From NCBI RefSeq assembly GCF_000018305.1, contig NC_009954.1:30025-54024 (forward strand): a stretch of 24,000 nucleotides of DNA, in the 5' to 3' direction. Numbering within the stretch: the stretch's first letter is position 1; every line of letters begins with the position of its first letter. The notes under the pieces were generated by a model. That model saw nothing but the letters and a program-made list of their open reading frames with translations, did no database searches and was not told the origin of the DNA. This document shows positions 16,522-24,000 of this stretch, piece after piece. The stretch is from Caldivirga maquilingensis IC-167 (lineage in GTDB: Archaea > Thermoproteota > Thermoprotei > Thermoproteales > Thermocladiaceae). Made by a program: the position numbers and the translations under genes.

Positions 16522-16527
16522 TTTCAA

Positions 16528-16893
16528 CTAACCCTTAACAACAGCGATTACATCAACTTCAACCAATGCCCTTGAATCAATCATACCGGTAACAACAGTG
16601 GTTCTAGCAGGCCTACCCCTAAAGTACTCGCTGAATAACTTATTCATTGCATCAAAGTACTTGGCATCAGCTAAGTAAACAGTGACCTTAACAACATTAT
16701 CTAATGATGAACCAGCCTCAGCCAGTATTTTGCTAATTTTATTAACAGCATTCCTAAACTGCTCCTCAAAGGGCAAATCCTTACCTGGAATAGTACCCAA
16801 CTGCCCTGATACGAAGACTAACCCATTGGCAATCACTGCATGGGAGTATGGACCAGCCTTAGGTAATCCCTCTACATCAATATTCCTAATCAT
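16528..16893 (-). CDS. ridA: RidA/YjgF/TdcF-family enamine/imine deaminase
   Basis: Family pattern AGPYSHAVIANGLVFVSGQLG ... KVTVYLAD ... RPARTTVVVTG-like ... VEVDVIAV. I prefer the ATG at 16893 (121 aa) because GCTTAAAAAC (16924..16915, minus strand) is centred 26 nt upstream. The track's 16935 start would lie upstream of that TATA. Confidence 0.85.
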   Translation of the reverse strand: MIRNIDVEGLPKAGPYSHAVIANGLVFVSGQLGTIPGKDLPFEEQFRNAVNKISKILAEAGSSLDNVVKVTVYLADAKYFDAMNKLFSEYFRGRPARTTVVTGMIDSRALVEVDVIAVVKG

Positions 16894-17031
16894 CAAGGGC
16901 ACTGGGTAATACTTGTTTTTAAGCGTATCACACATAATGCATGAAAACAGTGATGGGGAATTAAGTGAAGTATAATGGATTTAAGCTTAAAAAGATATGA
17001 ATTATCATTTAAAATTATTAGGTGATTTTAA

Positions 17032-17748
17032 GTGATTCCAGAAGGCTTAAGTAAGGTTAGTGAACTAGCCTTAGTATCATTTAGATTTAGACATAAGGGT
17101 GACTGGACACTATGGACTAGGATGATTAATGCACACTTCATAAGCACTGCCTGGTACCCAATAATTGATTACGCCAACATTGAGGTAATTAACGTTAAAT
17201 GGATTGATAAGGGGTCTAGCATACATGAGTACTTCACTAAACTCAGCAAGAGAGGCTTAATTTATGATGTTGGCTTAGTAAGGAAGATTACCAGTAACAT
17301 GTACCTAGTGGGGTTCATGGGTCCATACCGAAATACTGTTAGGGAAAGATTAATATTGAATAATATACTTTACTTTAAGTCAACAATCCATGATGGGGTT
17401 CAGGACTGGTTAATACTAGCACCATTAAACAAGGTTAATGACTTTAAGGAGTCCCTAAAGAATATAGGTAAATTAGTGAATTTTAGAGCGCAACCCATCA
17501 CAAATATAAGGGATATTATGCGGATAATAATTAGGAATAATAATCTAATTGACTATGTTAAATTAGCGTTAACTAACAATGAACTTAAAACCCTAAGGAG
17601 TGCTTGGGAACTTAAGTACTTTGACTTGAATAATAGGTCAACGCTAAGTGAAGTATCAGCAGCACTCAATAAGGATAAGTCAACCGTGGATAGGCAAATT
17701 AAGGAATCTATAAGGAAGATAATTTACTACATAATGAGTATTATGTAA
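17032..17748 (+). CDS. Transcriptional regulator with a C-terminal HTH_10 (bacterio-opsin-activator-type) DNA-binding domain
   Basis: 238 aa. The C-terminus LTNNELKTLRSAWELKYFDLNNRSTLSEVSAALNKDKSTVDRQIKESIRKI matches the HTH_10 pattern (LT..Q...L..A...GYFd.PR..tl.elA..lgiskst...hlR.AerKl). The N-terminal 170 aa are unassigned. GC is very low (about 25-30% by hand count). Confidence 0.65.
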   Translation: MIPEGLSKVSELALVSFRFRHKGDWTLWTRMINAHFISTAWYPIIDYANIEVINVKWIDKGSSIHEYFTKLSKRGLIYDVGLVRKITSNMYLVGFMGPYRNTVRERLILNNILYFKSTIHDGVQDWLILAPLNKVNDFKESLKNIGKLVNFRAQPITNIRDIMRIIIRNNNLIDYVKLALTNNELKTLRSAWELKYFDLNNRSTLSEVSAALNKDKSTVDRQIKESIRKIIYYIMSIM

Positions 17749-17814
17749 TTAAATGCAACAAATTGCAAGTAATGCTTAATAAATTATTGAGCATCAAATA
17801 ATATGGGATGACAC

Positions 17815-20160
17815 ATGAGGTATATAAGTAAATCAACAATACTAATATCAGTAATGGTATTAGCCATCATTACGATTATTGCACTACCCCAACAAACTCA
17901 GAAGCCTCAAATAATATGGGCTGATTACGGTACAATAACCACACTAACCGGCCCAATCTATAATCCATTTTACCCAAATACATTAGCCACAGATACAGTA
18001 ACCAGTATAATATCCTATGCGCCACTGGCGTTATATAATCCATTCAATAATGTATTTTACCCGGTCTTAGCCAGTAACTGGACTATTCAAGTTCTCCCTA
18101 ATGGTAGTGGTATTTTAACTGTTTACCTTAGGAAGGGGCTGTATTGGTTTAATGGTTCAGCTACAATGCTCTTCACTGCATGGGATGTTTACGCATACTT
18201 CTACATTGAGGATAAGGCCTTTGAGGCATATGCCCCATTCATGCAGCCACAATACGCTGATGAGAGTATAAGGGTACTTGATAATTATACTATTCAATTC
18301 CTATTCCAAATATGGAGCCCAACCGAGTGGATATACTTCATTACCTCAAGCATTGCGACTCCTTGGCCTGTTTGGAAACCCATTGTTAATGAGTTGAAGA
18401 CTATGAATGCCTCCCAAGCCTTAGCCTTCTCAACCAATGTAACTAGGTACGTGGTGCCTTACTGGGGTATTTTCCCATATTACTTAACCTACATAAGTTC
18501 ATCAAGCATAGAACTAACCCTGGAGCCAAGCCCATTGCTCAACCAGTGGTATACCGTATTTCCGCTTGCAGACTGGAATTACTATGACCCAACCTTCGAG
18601 GAATTCTTTACTGGGAGCCAGTACATAGCATCACTGGTGTCGCATAAGGCCACTTGGGCTGGCGGCGCGGCAGGCATTAAGCAGGTAGCCTTACTTAATA
18701 GCAGTGGCTTCAGTGCATACTTCGCCCCAGACTTATCAGGCTGGGGAATCACGTTCAATCCACATGTGTATCCATTCAACATAACGCTGATTAGGGAGGC
18801 CCTATGCCTCATATTTAATAGAACAGCCGTTGTAGCTGCCTGGGGACTTAACTACCCTAACTACTACTCTCAGCCAATAGCCCCTGAAACTATTAGTTCT
18901 TATCCGCCAAGTGTTAGGCAGTTCATTATACCGTGCTCCTATGATCCAGCTAAGGCGGCTCAAATGCTGCAGAGCCTAGGATTCAAGAAGATTAACGGAT
19001 ACTGGTATTTGCCTAATGGCTCCATGTTCTCAATATACGTACTGGCACCCAGTGGTTGGATTGATTGGGATACCATGGCTTCTGAGGCTATTGAGGAGAT
19101 GCAGGCATTCGGCATAAACGCTAAGTTAATCACAATGGATGCTGGAGCCTACTGGGGTACCATGATACCTGATGGTGATTACGTCGCTGCATTAACATGG
19201 ACCACCGCATTCACTCCAGCCTACTATAGTGCGTGGGAGGCGTTGAGTAATCCATGGTGGGCCTTCGGTAGTGCAATATCTGCTTATACTCCTGGTAGTG
19301 AGGTTTGGCCATTCCAGTGGCCTAATGGGACATGCACACCAGTCACTGCACCAGCATCATTGAAACTACCCAATGGCACAATAGTATGGTGCATCAACTC
19401 AACATACGGCTACATAAACCTAAGCAACTGGCAAACATTCTTCAATGATGCAACTCCAGGAACAGCGGACTACAATCTAGCACTAGACACAATATTCGCA
19501 TGGTATAGTTACTTCACTCCAATAGTGCCGTTAGCAGCCAAGATAGACCCATTCACGTACTTAACACCAATAGCTGATCCGAATTGGCTATACCTCTGTC
19601 TACCTAATGAGACAACGTGGTTCCTTGTATCTGCAAACTGGTACACCTACGGCTCATTAATAATGCTAATGTTTGGTGCTGTTGCACCAAGAGGCGTAGT
19701 ACCACCATTAGCCCAGGTAATTGCTAACGGTAGCCTTTGGGTAAAATACCCACAAATAGCAAATCTACTTGCCTTACCTAGTCCTGATCCTTCGTTGCAG
19801 GCTTGTGTGGCATCGTACTTCCATATACCGTATACTCCGGTGACTACTTCAACCTCAACAACCACGACTACATCAACAACTACTACATCAACAACCACAA
19901 CCACTACTACACCGGTTACTACTACGGCTACAAGCACTACTACGACTACTTCAACAGTAACCACTACTGCCGTTAGCACTGTTACAAGTACTGTTACAAC
20001 CACTGCTGTAAGCACGGTTACAAGTACAGCAACCACTACGGCAGTAAGCACAGTAACAGTAACCAAACCAGTAGTATCAACAGCATTAATAGCAGGAATA
20101 ATTATTATTGTAATCGTAATAGCAGCAGTAGCAGCAATAATAACATTAAGAAGAAGATAA
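17815..20160 (+). CDS. Extracellular ABC-type solute-binding protein (family 5, oligopeptide/oligosaccharide-like) with N-terminal signal peptide, Thr-rich linker and C-terminal TM anchor
   Basis: 781 aa. Hydrophobic signal-like N-terminus (STILISVMVLAIITIIALP). The body is large, Trp/Tyr-rich and carries many N-x-S/T sequons. A Thr/Ser-rich stretch of about 75 residues is followed by the hydrophobic helix ALIAGIIIIVIVIAAVAAIITL and RRR. This architecture is known for crenarchaeal binding proteins. Family 5 membership is inferred from size and composition and was not confirmed by alignment. Confidence 0.65.
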   Translation: MRYISKSTILISVMVLAIITIIALPQQTQKPQIIWADYGTITTLTGPIYNPFYPNTLATDTVTSIISYAPLALYNPFNNVFYPVLASNWTIQVLPNGSGILTVYLRKGLYWFNGSATMLFTAWDVYAYFYIEDKAFEAYAPFMQPQYADESIRVLDNYTIQFLFQIWSPTEWIYFITSSIATPWPVWKPIVNELKTMNASQALAFSTNVTRYVVPYWGIFPYYLTYISSSSIELTLEPSPLLNQWYTVFPLADWNYYDPTFEEFFTGSQYIASLVSHKATWAGGAAGIKQVALLNSSGFSAYFAPDLSGWGITFNPHVYPFNITLIREALCLIFNRTAVVAAWGLNYPNYYSQPIAPETISSYPPSVRQFIIPCSYDPAKAAQMLQSLGFKKINGYWYLPNGSMFSIYVLAPSGWIDWDTMASEAIEEMQAFGINAKLITMDAGAYWGTMIPDGDYVAALTWTTAFTPAYYSAWEALSNPWWAFGSAISAYTPGSEVWPFQWPNGTCTPVTAPASLKLPNGTIVWCINSTYGYINLSNWQTFFNDATPGTADYNLALDTIFAWYSYFTPIVPLAAKIDPFTYLTPIADPNWLYLCLPNETTWFLVSANWYTYGSLIMLMFGAVAPRGVVPPLAQVIANGSLWVKYPQIANLLALPSPDPSLQACVASYFHIPYTPVTTSTSTTTTTSTTTTSTTTTTTTPVTTTATSTTTTTSTVTTTAVSTVTSTVTTTAVSTVTSTATTTAVSTVTVTKPVVSTALIAGIIIIVIVIAAVAAIITLRRR
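19954..20061 (+). repeat. Three tandem 36-nt (12-aa) in-frame repeats, TVTTTAVSTVTS x3, inside the Thr-rich linker
   Basis: Units at 19954..19989, 19990..20025 and 20026..20061. They are nearly identical at the peptide level but differ at many synonymous third positions. Confidence 0.85.
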
Positions 20161-20232
20161 GAAGATAAGAGGCCATCTCAAACCACTTCCCATAGTTAAA
20201 AAATATTTTTATCTCATCAAATCTGTATTGGT

Positions 20233-21078
20233 TCATAAATCATGCTTTATACATTTTACCGCATCTATTATACTTATTCCGGTAGCAGTAGTTGTGAAGC
20301 CTTGCTTTTTTAATTCTTCAATTAGTTTCATAACCATGCTATTAGATAATGTTAATGGTAGTATTGTTACCTGCCCTGTGCATGCACCTGCTGGTAATTG
20401 GGAATTTAGTAGTGTTAATTCGCTTGAACTTGGTTTTGACGTTAATCCTATATTAAGGGATAGTAACGTATAGGCTGGGTCGCTTACTGATTCATCACCT
20501 ATTTCATTGCTGGCTGGCAGTACCCCTGGATTACTCCAATCCACTACCTTATCGTTTAATTCACCTTGAAGTATTAATGCTGTATTAAGTTTAAGATCCC
20601 CCATTAGGTGTTTTTTCATTAATAATGTCTTACCTCTTCTTAACTCAACCCTTCTCCCATTTAATACCGATAATGGATTCTCATAGATTACTGCTAAACC
20701 TAAATCATATATATTGAATCCCAGGAAGAGTTTTAGGGCATTGGATAATGCAATTACGTCAGCTAAATCACCTGCCTCTTCATACGCCCTCATAATTAAC
20801 GATACTATATCATTGTTTCCTGAAACACCTTTAATATATGACCAGATTTCCCCATACGTGTCCTCAATAATCCTCCTGCTACCAGTTATTGATACCCATG
20901 CTTTAAAATAATCCTCATTAATCTCAACCCCACCAATCATTACTATTGTTGATATTAATGCCCCAGGGAATGATTTATATTCATTAATTAGCTCAGCCAG
21001 GCTAGTTATTATTTTTCTATCCCCAGGGTAATCAATGTAAGCTAGCATTCCGTAATATTCATTAAGTTGCAGGTACAT
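20233..21078 (-). CDS. Hypothetical protein, no family recognised
   Basis: 281-aa ORF with no overlapping alternative. GC is about 30-35% by hand count of three 60-nt lines, against about 42-55% in neighbouring housekeeping genes. I recognise no motifs, and there is no convincing TATA at -25. Confidence 0.5.
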   Translation of the reverse strand: MYLQLNEYYGMLAYIDYPGDRKIITSLAELINEYKSFPGALISTIVMIGGVEINEDYFKAWVSITGSRRIIEDTYGEIWSYIKGVSGNNDIVSLIMRAYEEAGDLADVIALSNALKLFLGFNIYDLGLAVIYENPLSVLNGRRVELRRGKTLLMKKHLMGDLKLNTALILQGELNDKVVDWSNPGVLPASNEIGDESVSDPAYTLLSLNIGLTSKPSSSELTLLNSQLPAGACTGQVTILPLTLSNSMVMKLIEELKKQGFTTTATGISIIDAVKCIKHDL

Positions 21079-21180
21079 TTAAGTTTTTCGTAAACCTTCG
21101 TGGTTAATGAGTTTACGTTTTACCATGATACTGATGCACAGTGAAGAAATATTTAAAAATCGATACTGATATCGAATACT

Positions 21181-21561
21181 ATGAAGCTAACGGTAATAGT
21201 TGACTCTGAGAACCGGGTAACAGGCCCAGGGGAGGGTGAGTACATACTCATTTATGAAGTAAACGGTGATGCAGTGGGGTTAATAGGTAAGGAACCTAAC
21301 CCAGCGTTGCAGGCTGAGATGCATAGGGGATTATATGCACTAAGGAGGGTGAAGGAATTGGGTGCTGATTCACTGATTGTGAGTGAAATAGGTAGGCCTG
21401 GGTTTAATCTTGCTAAATCCCTCAATTTAAAGGTCTACATAGTTCCTGAGGGTGTGAGTGCTGATGATGCCGTTAAGATGGTTATTAGCGGTAAAGTTAA
21501 TGTCGCTAATGCACCTACACATGAACATGGTCATCATGAACACGGGTTAGAATTCAGGTAA
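21181..21561 (+). CDS. NifX/NifB-C-terminal-like (dinitrogenase FeMo-cofactor-binding fold family) small protein with a His-rich tail
   Basis: 126 aa. The overall pattern MKLTVIVDSENRV...YILIYEV...LGADSLIVSEIGRPGFNLAKSLNLKVYIV.EGVSADDAVKMVISGKV matches the small archaeal members of this family. C-terminal HEHGHHEHG. TATA ATATTTAAAA about 28 nt upstream. Confidence 0.65.
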   Translation: MKLTVIVDSENRVTGPGEGEYILIYEVNGDAVGLIGKEPNPALQAEMHRGLYALRRVKELGADSLIVSEIGRPGFNLAKSLNLKVYIVPEGVSADDAVKMVISGKVNVANAPTHEHGHHEHGLEFR

Positions 21562-21590
21562 TGGAATCATTATTTAATACTGAAGTGATT

Positions 21591-22076
21591 TTAAATGGAC
21601 TTACCCTCCTCCCCCTCCTCTTGATTAGACTTACCTAGTAATTCATTTATTGATACGGTGTATTGCTTAAGGTGGTTTGCCACGAAAATCGGTGCATTAA
21701 CCCTTAAAGCCACTGCAACTGCGTCACTTGGTCTGGCATCAATGTAGTGTTGTGAACCAGTCCTATTATCCTTAAGGTATATTGTGGCAGTGTACGTGTG
21801 ATCAACTAAGGCATCTATCGTAACCTTCTCAATTGTTGCATTAAGCCTCTCCAGAATATCCACTAGGAGGTCGTGTGTTAATGGCCTTGGGAAGTCTGTT
21901 TGACCCATTGCCTTCTGTATGCTTAATGCCTCAGCCATACCTATCCAAATCGGTAATACGAAATCACCCCACTCCTCGGTGCTTAGAAGCATAACAGCCT
22001 CAGCGCCAGTTGAAGTAACGTACACACCCTCAACCACGGCCTCTAGGTAATCCTTAGTAGTCTCCTGATTAGGCAT
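21591..22076 (-). CDS. Bifunctional nuclease domain protein (DUF151/BFN family)
   Basis: 161 aa. Family-typical segments LPIWIGMAEALSI, RPLTHDLL, YTATIYL and IDARPSDAVAVALRVNAPIFV. Acidic C-terminal tail. Own TATA TTTAATAAA (22107..22099, minus strand). Confidence 0.8.
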   Translation of the reverse strand: MPNQETTKDYLEAVVEGVYVTSTGAEAVMLLSTEEWGDFVLPIWIGMAEALSIQKAMGQTDFPRPLTHDLLVDILERLNATIEKVTIDALVDHTYTATIYLKDNRTGSQHYIDARPSDAVAVALRVNAPIFVANHLKQYTVSINELLGKSNQEEGEEGKSI

Positions 22077-22137
22077 GCTCTAATTATTCAACTTCTTCTT
22101 TATTAAACTTTTCCAGCTTAAGTGCCGTGTAGCGTAT

Positions 22138-23061
22138 TTAAAGTGAAACATTAATCGTCATTGATTTCCTACCTCTAACAACCCTTAGCTTAAACTCCCT
22201 CTTACCTTCAATATACCTATTGTATAGGTATGTCTTAAGCCTAACTATTGATGATAACTCAATATCATCTATACTTGTTATGACATCACCCCTCCTTAAA
22301 CCAGCCTCATCTGCAGGTGAATAGGGTTGAATAGAAACCACTAATACTCCTCTATCCACCGGTAACTTATACTGCCTTGCAAGTATCTTATTAATATCAA
22401 TACCGTAAATCCCTATCTTAGGCTTCTCAACAACACCCCTACTTATTAATTCACTTATTGATAATTTAGCTAAGTTAATCGGTACAGCGAAGCCTATGTT
22501 CTGGGCTCCAGCTATTATAGCTGTGTTTATGCCCACTACCTCCCCATCCAGGTTTACTAATGGTCCACCTGAGTTACCTGGGTTTATTGCCGCATCAGTT
22601 TGAATTAAACCCTCAAGCATTACTTCACCAGCCCTTATTGTCCTACCTAAGGCTGATACTATGCCGAATGTTGCGGTGGGTTGATTCATTAAACCCAGTG
22701 GATAACCTATTGCAATTACTGGTTCACCAACCATTAACTTATCAGAGTCACCCAGTTTAATTGGGTTAAGCTCACCCTCAACCCTAAGGACTGCTGTATC
22801 AACCTCGGGATCCACACCAACTAACTCTGATTCAAATAAGTCACCATCACTTGTAACCACGGTGACTTCACCGAGTTGAGAAACCACGTGAGATGCCGTG
22901 GCTACGTAATGCTTATCCACTGCAAAACCTGTCCCAAAACCCCTAACTGGTACTACATTAAGCCACTCATCCACCACCGCTCCAGCAGTCACAATGGCAA
23001 CTATTGATGAACTAACCTTATTAACTATGCTTGGGATTAGTTCCTTAATATTAGTTGACAT
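22138..23061 (-). CDS. htrA: HtrA/DegP-family serine protease with a C-terminal PDZ domain
   Basis: Trypsin-like S1C motifs (TASHVV, DTAVLRV, GNSGGPLVN) followed by a PDZ-like region (GVLVVSIQPYSPADEAGLRRGDVITSID). I prefer the ATG at 23061 because CTTTATAAG lies 20-28 nt upstream of it. The track's 23109 start cannot be excluded. Confidence 0.9.
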   Translation of the reverse strand: MSTNIKELIPSIVNKVSSSIVAIVTAGAVVDEWLNVVPVRGFGTGFAVDKHYVATASHVVSQLGEVTVVTSDGDLFESELVGVDPEVDTAVLRVEGELNPIKLGDSDKLMVGEPVIAIGYPLGLMNQPTATFGIVSALGRTIRAGEVMLEGLIQTDAAINPGNSGGPLVNLDGEVVGINTAIIAGAQNIGFAVPINLAKLSISELISRGVVEKPKIGIYGIDINKILARQYKLPVDRGVLVVSIQPYSPADEAGLRRGDVITSIDDIELSSIVRLKTYLYNRYIEGKREFKLRVVRGRKSMTINVSL

Positions 23062-23110
23062 GTTAACGCATTCTAACCACTGCTTATAAAGCTTGATTTC
23101 AACATCCAAA

Positions 23111-24000
23111 TCACTTAATTAATACTTCCTTTAATCTAATTAATGTACTCATCTTGAGATTCCTCAACTCAGCCTCAAGGGCATTCTCACTAGTGTTAAT
23201 GTAGGCTTCCCCAGTCGCTACATCAAGCATTGATTCAAAACCCGTGGGGTTAAGTAAATTAACCCTACTTATCCTCTCCCTCACTTTATCATACACGAAT
23301 TTAATCATGATCCTTTTCACATTAGTCACATTATCTTCATTAATCCTTTCAATTAAATCATCAACACCATTAAGGCTCATTACCCCCCTCACCTCATTAA
23401 TGAATGCCTTAGTAACCTTACTCATGATGCTTGATGAGTCTGCCTCCAGTTTACTTAATATTAACCTTAATACATCATTCACATTAAAGCCAGTTAACTC
23501 ACTGCCTGAATCATTATTCTTAATCACAATTGGCCAGTAACCGTAATTCTCCGTTAATATGCCTGGGGACTCCATGAATCCTAATTCACCCACATCATTA
23601 ATGCCTAATGCCTCCTTAACCTCCACAGGAGCCTTAACAATATTTCTATCACCTAATGAATCCAGGTAGACGTAGGTTAATGGAACCAAGTCACTAATTA
23701 TACTTCGCAGGATACCTTCCATGAAGGATACGGTACTGAAGCCCCAGTAGAGTGGTGAGAACCTTGGGTTACCCCACTCATCATTAATCGCAATATGGAT
23801 AACATAGTTAAGTTTAAAACTTAAGGACGTTATCATGTTCACTAGGTTGATTAAGGCATCTAGTACTTTACATGACTCAACACCAATGAAGATGGGGCTA
23901 ACGTTAACACCAAAGATTACCACGTGTCGTGAATCCCCCTCCCTCATTATTACTAAGTCATAGTAAAGTTCACTTCTTATGGATGACTCAATACTGTACT
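23111..24000 (-). CDS. Hypothetical protein; the frame is open to the right edge, so the N-terminus may lie outside the window
   Basis: The track gives 278 aa from the ATG at 23947. The same frame has no stop from 23948 to 23998 (hand translation ...YSIESSIRSELYYDLVI-MREGD...), and no good TATA precedes 23947. GC is low (about 28-32% by hand count of two lines). I recognise no family. Confidence 0.45.
   Translation of the reverse strand, partial: YSIESSIRSELYYDLVIMREGDSRHVVIFGVNVSPIFIGVESCKVLDALINLVNMITSLSFKLNYVIHIAINDEWGNPRFSPLYWGFSTVSFMEGILRSIISDLVPLTYVYLDSLGDRNIVKAPVEVKEALGINDVGELGFMESPGILTENYGYWPIVIKNNDSGSELTGFNVNDVLRLILSKLEADSSSIMSKVTKAFINEVRGVMSLNGVDDLIERINEDNVTNVKRIMIKFVYDKVRERISRVNLLNPTGFESMLDVATGEAYINTSENALEAELRNLKMSTLIRLKEVLIK

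Noticed and set aside
16522-16527. RidA as part of the glutamate-synthase-like operon
   Set aside because: RidA lies on the opposite strand (convergent, 6-nt gap) and has its own TATA. Any functional link is only a proximity speculation.
642-16909. Short ORFs nested antisense or out of frame inside larger genes: 642..824, 755..1090, 1193..1552, 1230..1436, 2143..2442, 3190..3381, 4910..5161, 6355..6654, 8864..9055, 9124..9315, 10021..10599, 11152..11502, 12457..12651, 13012..13341, 13786..14055, 15852..16037, 16682..16909
   Set aside because: Each lies wholly within a longer ORF that has clear family motifs. Their translations are Ser/Leu/Pro/Thr-rich low-complexity strings, typical of antisense frames. 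None has a promoter-like element.
17162-17171. Exact TAATTGATTA copy inside the HTH_10 regulator coding sequence as a functional operator
   Set aside because: It lies 130 nt into a very AT-rich coding region and has no palindromic partner. It may be a chance occurrence. It is mentioned in the findings but not annotated as a site.
19647-20066. 139-aa Val-rich minus-strand ORF
   Set aside because: It is a mirror artefact of the Thr-rich (ACN) linker of the binding protein, because the antisense of ACN codons reads as GTN (Val).
21121-21176. TGATAC/CTGATG/CTGA strings upstream of the NifX-like gene as a C/D sRNA
   Set aside because: The box sequences and spacings do not fit: there is no RUGAUGA, and 28 nt lie between the candidate boxes. 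The region is better read as a promoter with flanking direct repeats.
18582-23540. Short nested ORFs in the right half: 18582..18812, 20228..20473, 20714..20911, 22560..22760, 23244..23540
   Set aside because: Same reasoning: they are embedded in longer ORFs on the other strand or frame and have no recognisable motifs.
1-24000. Search for CRISPR arrays, tRNA or rRNA genes, IS elements, integrases, toxin-antitoxin pairs and known defence genes
   Set aside because: No regularly spaced direct repeats were found, and no cloverleaf-compatible GC-rich segments occur in the short intergenic regions. No ORF has transposase, integrase or recombinase motifs, or the ATPase/nuclease combinations typical of defence systems. 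The only tandem repeat is the in-frame Thr-rich linker.

Overview
The window reads as a chromosomal, mostly housekeeping segment of a hyperthermophilic crenarchaeon. The lineage is inferred from gene content: a group II chaperonin, a SmAP3-type Sm protein, an Rpb8-like Rpo8, PurP-type purine enzymes and an archaeosine TGT. AT-rich TATA boxes also sit about 25 nt upstream of most start codons, which suggests leaderless transcripts. A Thermoproteales-like origin (Caldivirga/Vulcanisaeta type) is only a guess.

Gene order, left to right:
- a truncated APC permease
- a purine block: purA translationally coupled to a COG2509 FAD protein, divergent purB, and two tandem purP paralogs
- a gamma-carbonic-anhydrase-like hexapeptide protein
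- a SmAP3-tgtA operon, divergent from Rpo8
- a thermosome subunit and a Nudix hydrolase
- a two-gene glutamate-synthase-like operon with rearranged domains
- RidA
- a lower-GC, more accessory-looking right end: an HTH_10 regulator, an orphan membrane-anchored solute-binding glycoprotein, a hypothetical protein, a NifX-like protein, a DUF151 nuclease, an HtrA protease, and an unknown ORF that runs off the right edge

I found no CRISPR array, transposase, integrase, tRNA, rRNA or recognisable defence genes.

Four things are not explained by the ORF track:
1. An exact 10-mer (TAATTGATTA) recurs, including as a 16-bp perfect palindrome, almost only in the promoter regions of the purine locus. It is a candidate operator.
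2. A canonical C/D box sRNA with its own TATA box lies just downstream of purP2.
3. The glutamate-synthase-like pair has a duplicated, degenerate FMN barrel and a GATase-GXGXG fusion, with no visible electron-input module.
4. The tgtA homolog has lost the conserved zinc motif.

None of this amounts to clear evidence of a new multi-gene system. The low-GC block at 20.2-24 kb is the least understood part of the window.
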